From Bdellovibrionales bacterium RIFOXYD12_FULL_39_22 (GTDB lineage: Bacteria > Bdellovibrionota > Bacteriovoracia > Bacteriovoracales > Bacteriovoracaceae): a stretch of DNA of 52,064 nt. Of the stretch, positions 9,386 through 18,065 are shown in pieces. The DNA lies in assembly GCA_001770205.1 (NCBI GenBank), contig MEQL01000015.1, positions 1 to 52,064 on the forward strand, read 5' to 3'. The position numbers and the translations under genes are program-made. The first letter of the stretch is position 1. Each line of letters begins with the position of its first letter. The notes beneath the pieces are model-generated. The model was not told where the DNA came from and searched no databases. It worked only from the letters and a program-made list of their open reading frames with translations.

Positions 9386-9838
9386 TTAACCATAGTTGCA
9401 TCCACAGTCATTGTGGCAACCACAAACCTGATTACAGCCACAATCGGAATTACAAACACAACCTCCACTAGTCATGCTATTATAATGAGCTGCAATTTGA
9501 TTCAGTACTTTACTGGTTATTATTGTTCCTCGAGGGGTGTTTGATATTTCATCTACAATATCAAATGAAACAGCAAAAGGGTTGCTTCCTGCGCTATATG
9601 GTGGGAAACTACCAAATTTATTTTTTGCATTGGTAATAGCAGTTTTTAAGTTGGTAAGGTCACTGGCAGAAATAGAATCTCCTGCGGCAATAGAAAAGGA
9701 TAGAGATGACAAAGAAAGGGCCCCAGTAGCGACATGGCCGGCCCCGCATCCGATGTGTTGGGCACTTGGATCTGGAGCTGGAGAGGCCGTACCGTCCGGA
9801 AGCTTGTGCAAATTGCAATGTGAACCAGAGCAAGACAT
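9386..9838 (-). CDS. Cys-rich protein, putative radical SAM substrate/precursor
   Basis: Strong RBS (GAGGAG); C-terminus CVCNSDCGCNQVCGCHNDCGCNYG; directly downstream of two rSAM/SPASM genes on the same strand. Confidence 0.8.
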   Translation of the reverse strand: MSCSGSHCNLHKLPDGTASPAPDPSAQHIGCGAGHVATGALSLSSLSFSIAAGDSISASDLTNLKTAITNAKNKFGSFPPYSAGSNPFAVSFDIVDEISNTPRGTIITSKVLNQIAAHYNSMTSGGCVCNSDCGCNQVCGCHNDCGCNYG

Positions 9839-9850
9839 AAGATTTCTCCT

Positions 9851-11017
9851 CTATGCTATCTCTTTAAAATTGATCTCCTGTACAGCTCGATCAATTTCTC
9901 CTAATGCTTTAAAATAAAAGCACCTATTCAAGCAAGTACGATCCGTCCATTGTTCATCAAAACTTGCTTTTTTGCTTACATCAAGGCTATTGACAGGACA
10001 AATCATGCAAGTCGTTGCCACGCAATTCTCACATTCATTATACTTCTTTGAGCTTAATATCTTTCCAAATTTTAAAGAAAGCTCTGCAATATTGTCAATA
10101 AATTTATCATCATAGATTGTTGTCGTGGGCAGTCTATCCTTATTCTTGGAATATAAAATGCCATGACAGGCGTGAACTTCTCCAGCAACATCGATTATTG
10201 CCATATTGAAACCAGCAGTGCATGTAGTACGAGATGCTCCACCACCAAACCAAGAGCAAAGGAATCTGCCGTTTTGCTTAAAAAAATCAATCTCCTTTTT
10301 TGCCATAGAAAGAAGCTGTACCCGAAACCGTTTAATTAGCTCTTCTTCGCAAAGAAGGGACGCAGAAACAGCTTGGTCAATAGTTGGTGCGTACCTTATA
10401 ATACAGTTGGGATTAATTTTTCGAAACTCTTCCTGAAGATTGTAAAGGTCATTCCAGGCCGATGAAAAGTTAGATATTTCTTCTAGAGGTATGGTTGATT
10501 TGAAAGTTAAATCTATCCCTTTTTGAGCGAGTGCCTTAGAATTATTTATAATTATATCAGCAGTTTTTTTTCCGTTCTTGGTTAGGCGATAGCGATCATG
10601 AATAGGTTGGCCATCGTAGGATACCTGTATTCGAAGTCTTCTTGTATCTACATTGTCTACAATCTTGAAAAGATTGCTGCGATTAAAACCATTAGTATAT
10701 ATATGAAATGAAACATTTTCATGAGAAGAATATTTATTCATTACTTCAACAATAATTGCATGATTTAGGGTTGGCTCTCCTCCCCAGAAGGAGATATTTA
10801 AAGAATTATAATATTTTTGAAACCATTTATGGTCGCTTAAAATTTCATCAATTCTTTTAAAAAGGATGTCTTGATCATATTTGATTTCTTTCTCTCTCGC
10901 CTTCTCTCCCTCAAAGCAATATGCACAATTTAGATCGCAAAGATTAGTGGTGCATATTTCAAGAGTAAAGTTTCCTCTTTTATTGCTGGTGTGAGATTGA
11001 GAAAGAGTCATTCTCAT
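9851..11017 (-). CDS. Radical SAM/SPASM domain protein
   Basis: CDLNCAYC, FWGGEPT, SYDG; SPASM CTAG...GEVHACH...CENCVATTCMICP...C. Confidence 0.93.
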   Translation of the reverse strand: MRMTLSQSHTSNKRGNFTLEICTTNLCDLNCAYCFEGEKAREKEIKYDQDILFKRIDEILSDHKWFQKYYNSLNISFWGGEPTLNHAIIVEVMNKYSSHENVSFHIYTNGFNRSNLFKIVDNVDTRRLRIQVSYDGQPIHDRYRLTKNGKKTADIIINNSKALAQKGIDLTFKSTIPLEEISNFSSAWNDLYNLQEEFRKINPNCIIRYAPTIDQAVSASLLCEEELIKRFRVQLLSMAKKEIDFFKQNGRFLCSWFGGGASRTTCTAGFNMAIIDVAGEVHACHGILYSKNKDRLPTTTIYDDKFIDNIAELSLKFGKILSSKKYNECENCVATTCMICPVNSLDVSKKASFDEQWTDRTCLNRCFYFKALGEIDRAVQEINFKEIA

Positions 11018-11234
11018 TACCCGCTTTGTCTTTAAAATTGATAATTTCGTTGATCACTGCCTCAAGCCTATCCTTAGATATAACGCTTTCAGGTTCAATA
11101 ATTTTGATAAGCTTCAAAGCATAATCGAATAAATTATTGGCCGCTTCTTGATTGCAGCTTAACATATAATAACCGGCCTTTCCTAAATGCTCTGCTGATC
11201 TGAATATATTTTGCTGGAATTCGCTACGCGTCAT
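10980..11234 (-). CDS. Small hypothetical protein (84 aa) between two SPASM genes
   Basis: Overlaps both neighbours; GAG RBS; predicted helical. Confidence 0.65.
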   Translation of the reverse strand: MTRSEFQQNIFRSAEHLGKAGYYMLSCNQEAANNLFDYALKLIKIIEPESVISKDRLEAVINEIINFKDKAGNENDSFSISHQQ

Positions 11235-12234
11235 AGAGCTCCCTTTGAATTAAATCGCAAAATTTTGAACTGTCTTTTAAGGAAGCTACCATGCGAGAAA
11301 TATCATTGTAAATATGTTTATAGATGAGACAAAGTTCGGCAATAGGCCCTTTATTATTAATATTTTCGTGCAAACATCCTCTGCGACAAAACTTAATAAT
11401 TTCACAAGAAGCACAGCCAGTCATATTTGTATAGTTTGGTATTTGGCCAATTACGTCCTTATTTCTAAGTAGAAAGCATGGAATAATTCTGCCGTCGAGA
11501 TAAGAAAAATGAGATTTTCCAGCTCCACAATATGTCGGATTGCTTTTTTTGGCAAATGCCCGAATAAAATCCCGTAAGTGGTGCAAGATGATTGGAGGAA
11601 TTGGGTAATTATCAACATTTAAAATATACCAGTTGATCAATTCAGAAAATCCTTTATTAAAAAGCAACACGTCGCTTCTGCTCCATGCGCCAATATCTTT
11701 AATCAACTCCATTCCTGGTGATATCCCAAAAACGTCTAAAATGTATAAATGGTTTTCTAGCAGATTATTACATTCGCCCGATATCATGGTATGAATAGTG
11801 CAATCGTTAATTTTAAAAACAAGATCTTTTTTTTTCAAAAGAGAAGAAAGCGTCTTCTCTTTCTTTGGGGTAAGACGATTGTTATTTTGCCAGAGGCCAT
11901 CGAATGAAAGGGAGATTTTGATTTTATGTTCATTGATAAAATCAATTTTGTCTGCAGTTAAAAGCAGTCCATTTGTCGGTATAAGAAAATCATTGCCATC
12001 ATCTTTTAATGTATTAATGATAAGTTTTATAAGATCCCAGTGAATTAAAGGTTCTCCTCCAAAAAAATCAATCCGGATCGTTTCTTTATCAGGGATTGCT
12101 GACTTAAATTTTTGATATTCTAAAAAAAAATTATCAAGAGATATTGGAGTAAAAGATATATTGTTTTTTTTAAAATAACAGTAGGAGCAAGAAAGATTGC
12201 ATTGTCCGGATAATGTTATGCTTAAGGTGATCAT
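11224..12234 (-). CDS. Radical SAM/SPASM domain protein
   Basis: CNLSCSYC, FFGGEPL, SLSFDG; CGAG...GRIIPC...CASCEIIKFCRRGC...C. Confidence 0.93.
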   Translation of the reverse strand: MITLSITLSGQCNLSCSYCYFKKNNISFTPISLDNFFLEYQKFKSAIPDKETIRIDFFGGEPLIHWDLIKLIINTLKDDGNDFLIPTNGLLLTADKIDFINEHKIKISLSFDGLWQNNNRLTPKKEKTLSSLLKKKDLVFKINDCTIHTMISGECNNLLENHLYILDVFGISPGMELIKDIGAWSRSDVLLFNKGFSELINWYILNVDNYPIPPIILHHLRDFIRAFAKKSNPTYCGAGKSHFSYLDGRIIPCFLLRNKDVIGQIPNYTNMTGCASCEIIKFCRRGCLHENINNKGPIAELCLIYKHIYNDISRMVASLKDSSKFCDLIQRELYDA

Positions 12235-12308
12235 TTTTTTTCTCGTTTTTATTCCAAAAATGGGCGCAAACAGAAACTTTTTTGGTATGCGCTACAAATA
12301 TTTAAATA

Positions 12309-13127
12309 TTATTTCATCTTACTAAAGTTTCTAAGACAAAAGATTGTGGGAGTTATTTTTTTGGAAAATGAGTTGCATTTGAGGCAGTAATCATTATATT
12401 TTCCGCCTTTATGTTCTAGAATCATTTCCTTTCTTTTTGCTGAAAGATATAGTTTTTCTAGTGAGGTACTAAAAACATTTCCTAAGATCATATAAGAAGG
12501 TAAATCTCGGGCCTTTCCAGAACATGTGCAATACACAAAATCTCCATTGGATAGTATTCTTGGTAACCACAACATCCCACACAATCCATTTTTCATAACA
12601 ATTCTATCACGCTTTGTTTTATAGGTATCAGGTAGTGTTTTATCATCAGTGTTATCATAATTGAAATCATAAGAGAGAGGCCTGGGATCAACAAGAATGT
12701 GCAGGCCCTTCCTTTTTGCTTCAGCGATATTGTCTTCGATTCGGTCAAACATTGCCCTGTTTTGTTGAGTCATATATGAAAATGTTTCGTAGTTTCCGCA
12801 TCCGTAGTGTGAAATAAAAATATGTAGTTTTTTGTAGCGCAATAATTTGTCGATATTAACCAGACTGAAATTAGTGTGAAATTCAACTTTTTCTATTTTA
12901 GATTTCTCAATATAATCTAGCTTTTCATATATTTCATTATCTAAAAATATTTCTCCAGTACTGGGAGTTAGTTTTAATCTACTGACTCCAAGGTGGATGG
13001 CATCATCAATGATCGGATAAAAAATAGAATTGGGAATGGTTTCTCTCGGCTGATCAATTTTGTTCAGTCGAGCTCCACAAAAGAAGCAGTCGAAATTGCA
13101 TCTGTTAATTAATTCGATGGCCAGCAT
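12309..13127 (-). CDS. Radical SAM protein with Twitch/SPASM domain
   Basis: CNFDCFFC, TGEIF, CGMLW...NGDFVYCTC...LGNV...CLKC. Confidence 0.9.
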   Translation of the reverse strand: MLAIELINRCNFDCFFCGARLNKIDQPRETIPNSIFYPIIDDAIHLGVSRLKLTPSTGEIFLDNEIYEKLDYIEKSKIEKVEFHTNFSLVNIDKLLRYKKLHIFISHYGCGNYETFSYMTQQNRAMFDRIEDNIAEAKRKGLHILVDPRPLSYDFNYDNTDDKTLPDTYKTKRDRIVMKNGLCGMLWLPRILSNGDFVYCTCSGKARDLPSYMILGNVFSTSLEKLYLSAKRKEMILEHKGGKYNDYCLKCNSFSKKITPTIFCLRNFSKMK

Positions 13128-13717
13128 GGATGTTTGTCTTTTGCATTATTGGTTGATTCTAGTAAGTTTTCCACGGGAATTCTCTCATTTCCAAAAAAAA
13201 GAGTGATTTGATTTTTTCTAAGTATCTCTTTGTATAGGGGATATTCTTTGTTATACGGGAAGCAAAAAGATTTAATGTCTAAATCATTTTCTCTAAAAGA
13301 GGAGATCATCTTGTTGGTGTCGATGGTAAGTTCATCAAATAGTTTTCGTAATCCAATTTTTCCAAGATCGTATTTTTGATGTCTGTGGGAATGTCCTCCA
13401 ATGTGACAGTTTTTTTCTTTGCTTATTTCCTTGATCTGGCCCCACTTCATATAATTTGTTAAATCGCCATTATTAAAAAAACGCTCATGTGCTTCTCGAC
13501 ATTTTAAAAGATGTTGGTTTTGAGAGGTGTTCTCTGGACAAATGATATTCGTGCTAATAAAAAAATATTTCGTAGTATTTATTTTTAAAATTTTTTCAAG
13601 ATAAGCATACTGGCCGAATAGTCCATCATCAAAGGTCAAAACGTATTGATCTAATGGCAATTTAAAGACATCTTCTCGTATTTCGTGAATCATTAGGATT
13701 GGCTTGGATATACTCAT
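13109..13717 (-). CDS. Polysaccharide deacetylase (NodB-like)
   Basis: LTFDDG, IGGHSHRH, FCFPY motifs. Confidence 0.9.
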   Translation of the reverse strand: MSISKPILMIHEIREDVFKLPLDQYVLTFDDGLFGQYAYLEKILKINTTKYFFISTNIICPENTSQNQHLLKCREAHERFFNNGDLTNYMKWGQIKEISKEKNCHIGGHSHRHQKYDLGKIGLRKLFDELTIDTNKMISSFRENDLDIKSFCFPYNKEYPLYKEILRKNQITLFFGNERIPVENLLESTNNAKDKHPCWPSN

Positions 13718-14718
13718 TGTCTAAAGCTCAAAACATCAATTATTTTTTCGCCTAAAATTGGATAGGTCTCCTGGATTCCCTTCAGTTGTTTTTCAATCCC
13801 ATCACAAATAAAAAAATATTTACAGTCGAAACATTTTTTATACTTATGGTAGGATGTTATTCTTTTTTCATGTGCTCGTTTAAAATAATCTTCTATGGAT
13901 AATGGCCCTGAAGGCAATCGATCGACATTATAAGCAATTATATTCCAATCTCTTTCGTCATAAATATGCTGATAGGTTCCAACTACGTATTTTTCATATC
14001 CAGTCATGAAACAAAATGGAATATATCTTACATTGATCTCAATTTTTTTATCTATTAAGTCTATTGCCTTGCGAATATTTATACCAAGCTGCTCATATTT
14101 CACTGGAGGCATTTTTTCTGCGTCCCCCCAAAAATTTAATGGAAGAAAATTAATTTGCTGAGGAGAAAGATTATTAATTAGGGCGGCGTAGTCACCCAGA
14201 TGATTCAAGTTGTCGGACATTACGGTACAATTAATTCGAATATCGATTCCGAGTTTGAATGCGTTTTCAATGGCGATTAGAATTTTTTCAAAACTCTTTG
14301 GCCGCCCAACGATAGAATCATGTATTTGAAAACAGTGGCCGTGTAGGCTGAATAGGATTTCACTTAGGCCATGCTCTTTTGATTGTTGTAAAAAATTAAA
14401 ATTTGAAAAATTCCATCCATTAGAAAGAGTACTAATTTTTTTGAATTTTAAACTACGGCAATAATCGAGAATATCAAACCAGTTGGAATGTAAGCTGCTT
14501 TCGCCTCCGCTGAGATCAATCTCGTCAATTCCAAAGGCCTTAAGTTTTATTGCCCGCTGCTTTATGATATCAACTTCGGTTTTTATATGAAGTTTGTGCT
14601 TATAATAGCAAAAACAGCAGTCGCAGTTGCAAAAAGTTCCTGTGTCAAGCTTTGCTCTTTTTCCAAAATTGCTATTTTTTATTTCAAGTTTTGTGGAGCT
14701 AAAATAGTTATAGTTCAG
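13714..14718 (-). CDS. Radical SAM protein, ~334 aa, probable CTG start
   Basis: The frame of ORF 13714-14220 is open upstream: LNYNYFSS...KLDTGTFCNCDCCFCYY...DLSGGES...TLSNG...FSLHG; no ATG/GTG/TTG before the motif; GAGGG lies 6 nt before CTG 14718; C-terminal CFDCKYFFICDG. Confidence 0.85.
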   Translation of the reverse strand: MNYNYFSSTKLEIKNSNFGKRAKLDTGTFCNCDCCFCYYKHKLHIKTEVDIIKQRAIKLKAFGIDEIDLSGGESSLHSNWFDILDYCRSLKFKKISTLSNGWNFSNFNFLQQSKEHGLSEILFSLHGHCFQIHDSIVGRPKSFEKILIAIENAFKLGIDIRINCTVMSDNLNHLGDYAALINNLSPQQINFLPLNFWGDAEKMPPVKYEQLGINIRKAIDLIDKKIEINVRYIPFCFMTGYEKYVVGTYQHIYDERDWNIIAYNVDRLPSGPLSIEDYFKRAHEKRITSYHKYKKCFDCKYFFICDGIEKQLKGIQETYPILGEKIIDVLSFRQ

Positions 14719-14727
14719 AGTCTGCCC

Positions 14728-15360
14728 TCACTCTGCACAGGTTGAGTAGCGAGAATAGTACTTATTGAGAAAATCATCGACATTTTTCTGAATTATTTCC
14801 GGAGAAACTTCTTGATTGTTTTTAAGTCTAAGCTCTTCAAGAGAATTGTATAATGTGGCGGAGTCATTTATCTGTTCTTTATCTTCTAAGTACTGCTCCG
14901 TTAAGGCAATCAGCTCCTTATCCTCAGTTTTTAGAATCTCTTCATGTTTTTTCTTTTTATTGCTTTCGGTAAAAAAATATCCTCTCTCAACGAGTTCGTT
15001 GTTTGCGCACATGAAACGATAAAAAACGTTGCCGCTATTTTTTGCCAGCTCGGGAGTAACAATAAGTCTTGCTCGTTTAATGGCCGCAAGGCGGATTTCT
15101 TCAATATTGTTGGGGTCGATATCAAATATTTCAATTTGTGAGGCCTGGACCTCGCTTGTTTCTAGCGGTTTTTTTATTATTACCTTTTTTTCGTAAAGAA
15201 TGGCGTTATCAATAAGTTCATAGCATATGTTAGATAGCTTGAGGTAGTTTTGATTTTTTTCATTAAGATCGAAAGTGTTTTTGGAGACGCTTAAAACATG
15301 CCAGTACTCTCCGCAATCTTCAACGTTTGCTAAATTATAGACTAACATACGCCCTCGCAT
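14728..15360 (-). CDS. Hypothetical protein (paralog of 8742-9344)
   Basis: Shared motifs as above; probable start at MLVYNL. Confidence 0.8.
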   Translation of the reverse strand: MRGRMLVYNLANVEDCGEYWHVLSVSKNTFDLNEKNQNYLKLSNICYELIDNAILYEKKVIIKKPLETSEVQASQIEIFDIDPNNIEEIRLAAIKRARLIVTPELAKNSGNVFYRFMCANNELVERGYFFTESNKKKKHEEILKTEDKELIALTEQYLEDKEQINDSATLYNSLEELRLKNNQEVSPEIIQKNVDDFLNKYYSRYSTCAE

Positions 15361-15498
15361 TTTTTAAAATGGATTTTATGGATAGAAATGTGTGCTGTCA
15401 AGCTTTCCGTAAAATGATCTGGTAAGCAAGTATTGTAAAAACATAGAAACTTTACGATAATCAATCAGGAGTCAAATTCTAATTTATATATATAATCA

Positions 15499-16437
15499 AT
15501 GAATATTTTAATTACAGGTGGCTTTGGATTTATTGGAACACATCTTGTGGAGCATTATCTTCATCAAGGTGAGTATGTTACGGTTGTCGATAATCTATCC
15601 ACAAGTGTTATTAGAAGTGATAAGTTTTTTTGCCAACATGAGGATAAGATCAAATTTTACGATCTGGATCTGGGCGATTTGTCAGGAGATAAAACTAAGT
15701 TGGTGAGTGAAATTGTTGAAAGCGCAGACTTGATTTATCATCTGGCATGTCCTGTAGGAACAAGATACATTGAAGATAATCCGAAATCATCAATTAAAAA
15801 TGGCCTTCAAATTAATACAAATCTTTTTCCTATTTTTGAAAGGCATCAAAAAAAAGTAGTATTCTCAAGCTCTTCAGAGGTGTATGGAGATAATGATGAT
15901 GCACGGGAGGAGGATGTATTACAAATTGGTCCTCCTAATATTCCGAGATGGGGATACGCTTGTCAAAAATTAATGAGTGAGTTTTTGCTGGCCACATATA
16001 CTTTCCCCTACACGATTGCACGTTTGTTTAATGTTTCAGGCCAAAGACAGACCAGTAGGTATGGGATGGTTCTGCCTACGCTAATAGAGCAAGCAAAAAG
16101 CAATCTACCGTTAACAGTATATGATGATGGACGGCAAGTGCGAAGCTTTTGTGATATTCGTGATGCAGTGGCGATGCTTACTATTCTGGGAGAGTCGGAA
16201 GAGCATAATGGGGAGATATATAATATTGGTAATCCAAATAATACTATAACTATTAAAGCACTGGCCGAACTTGTAATAGATGATTTGAAATCAATAAGTA
16301 ATATTAATTATATTCCGTTCACTGATATATTTAGAAAAAATTACCAAGATATTATATACAGAAAAGTAAATACCAGTAAGATTAGTAAATACTATAGTTG
16401 TAAATATAGTATTTCTGATATTATAAAGAGCATGTAG
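15499..16437 (+). CDS. NAD-dependent epimerase/dehydratase (UDP-glucuronate decarboxylase-like SDR)
   Basis: ITGGFGFIG, SSSEVYG, YACQK (YxxxK), ARLFN, QVRSFC. Confidence 0.9.
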   Translation: MNILITGGFGFIGTHLVEHYLHQGEYVTVVDNLSTSVIRSDKFFCQHEDKIKFYDLDLGDLSGDKTKLVSEIVESADLIYHLACPVGTRYIEDNPKSSIKNGLQINTNLFPIFERHQKKVVFSSSSEVYGDNDDAREEDVLQIGPPNIPRWGYACQKLMSEFLLATYTFPYTIARLFNVSGQRQTSRYGMVLPTLIEQAKSNLPLTVYDDGRQVRSFCDIRDAVAMLTILGESEEHNGEIYNIGNPNNTITIKALAELVIDDLKSISNINYIPFTDIFRKNYQDIIYRKVNTSKISKYYSCKYSISDIIKSM

Positions 16438-16448
16438 TTTTAATCAAT

Positions 16449-17042
16449 CTATAGAGAGTACTTTTTCTTTATTTCATCAATGGTGTGCACGCGATAGTTT
16501 TTATAAGTGTAAATTTCATTTTTTAGTGACAGGCAATTGATAGTTTCTTCTATAAAGTCGTGTATATCAATAAACTGAACGAGTTTTTGCATGTCGTGTT
16601 TGGGGACTAAATTATCTCTGATTTTTCTCATTAACCCCTTTTTCCTTCCGCCTCCATAAACCCTGGGAATTCTCAAAATTAGGTAATTGTCATATGTGTC
16701 TTGAATATAATGTTCCATGGCAAGCTTATATGCTCCATAATTATTTTCAACAAAAGTAGCGGCCATGGAACTTGCGAAGACAAATTTTGCCTTGTTAGTT
16801 TTGGCCACTTCTAAGGCGTTAATAGTTCCATTAATCATGGTGGTGGCCGTTTTGGATGTGTTCTTAAAGTCAAGCTCATCGCTGGGCCCAGCAAAATGCA
16901 TTACTATTTGCAAGTTATTATAATTTTTCTTCAATCTGATATCTCCATATCCTTTTATTACATTGCCAATCAAAGAGGGGGCCAGCGCACTCATTAGAAA
17001 ACCGCTTTCTCCCGTGATCAAAATATTGGATGATGGTTCCAA
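16449..17042 (-). CDS. Short NAD-dependent epimerase/dehydratase
   Basis: ITGESGFL, FVFASS, YGAYK, LRIPRVYG. Confidence 0.8.
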   Translation of the reverse strand: MEPSSNILITGESGFLMSALAPSLIGNVIKGYGDIRLKKNYNNLQIVMHFAGPSDELDFKNTSKTATTMINGTINALEVAKTNKAKFVFASSMAATFVENNYGAYKLAMEHYIQDTYDNYLILRIPRVYGGGRKKGLMRKIRDNLVPKHDMQKLVQFIDIHDFIEETINCLSLKNEIYTYKNYRVHTIDEIKKKYSL

Positions 17043-17133
17043 GGTTCTATGATTCCTATGGCCTAGGCCTCTATGTTAAAAAATGAAAAAAACTTTATCT
17101 TATGATACACCAAGAATATGATATTAAGTATAT

Positions 17134-18042
17134 ATGTCAACAATTTTGCGTCTTGATAAAATTACATACGATCTCTGGTTGAGTTATTCTTGGAGCGGTA
17201 ATAACCAGGGCATATGTGGGCACACCTTTGAGGTAATTGATTATTACTTATTATTAAAGAAGTATTTTAGGGTTGGAATTCTTTTGGCGGAAGATATTGA
17301 TTGGCCAACGTTCAAGCAGGCAATTACTAGCAAATACGATATATCGCTTCTAGAGCTTGAAGAGATTCAAGCTGATACTGTATTTTTCAATCGTCCGAAG
17401 CTCGTTACTGGTAATAATATCCTTTTTACTGATGGGGGGGTTACTTCTCTTAAAAATAAGACATTACTTTTTGATAATATTTTTCATTTTAGTTGTGGAG
17501 ATTTAACAATTAAAAATAATAAATCTGCAAAAACCTTTATACTACAGGATGAAAGAATTTATGGTAGATGCTTAAATAGTATTGATTATAAGAAAAAGAT
17601 ATACTTTTCGAGGTATAAAAAAATTATATCCGCAGAAAATAATATTTTGCTTTACGGTACTAAAAACTGTCGGAATATATCGCTTGAACTTTATTACGAA
17701 ATACTAAATCAATATCACGGAAACTTTATTTGTCTAACCAACGAATCAAACCGCTTCGAAGGACTCCCTGAAAGATTTAGATTTTTAAAAATGCCAGTCG
17801 ATAATCTGTTTGAAATGTTTACAACCTATATTTATACTCCAATAGAAAGAAAGTTTGATTGTAGCCCGCGTTTAATCGCAGAATGTAAGTTTTATGGTAA
17901 GAATGTGATATATCATAAAATAGACTATTGGGATGAAGATCGTGGTCTGTACTACAGAAAGTGGGATATCGATAATGATTTTGATTCAATTTGTCTTAAC
18001 GAAAATGATGAAATTATAGATGTTTTAAAAAAAATAATTTAA
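17134..18042 (+). CDS. Hypothetical protein, possibly glycosyltransferase-like (family of 30508 and 31321)
   Basis: GICGHTFEVIDYY, KIYFSRYKKI, DCSPRLIAECKFYGK align with the two downstream genes. Confidence 0.65.
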   Translation: MSTILRLDKITYDLWLSYSWSGNNQGICGHTFEVIDYYLLLKKYFRVGILLAEDIDWPTFKQAITSKYDISLLELEEIQADTVFFNRPKLVTGNNILFTDGGVTSLKNKTLLFDNIFHFSCGDLTIKNNKSAKTFILQDERIYGRCLNSIDYKKKIYFSRYKKIISAENNILLYGTKNCRNISLELYYEILNQYHGNFICLTNESNRFEGLPERFRFLKMPVDNLFEMFTTYIYTPIERKFDCSPRLIAECKFYGKNVIYHKIDYWDEDRGLYYRKWDIDNDFDSICLNENDEIIDVLKKII

Positions 18043-18065
18043 CAAACAAATCGGTATTGTGCCAT

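Noticed and set aside
14728..14730. Selenocysteine codon
   Set aside because: The paralog 8742-9344 ends at about the same position and no convincing SECIS hairpin follows; a CTG start is simpler
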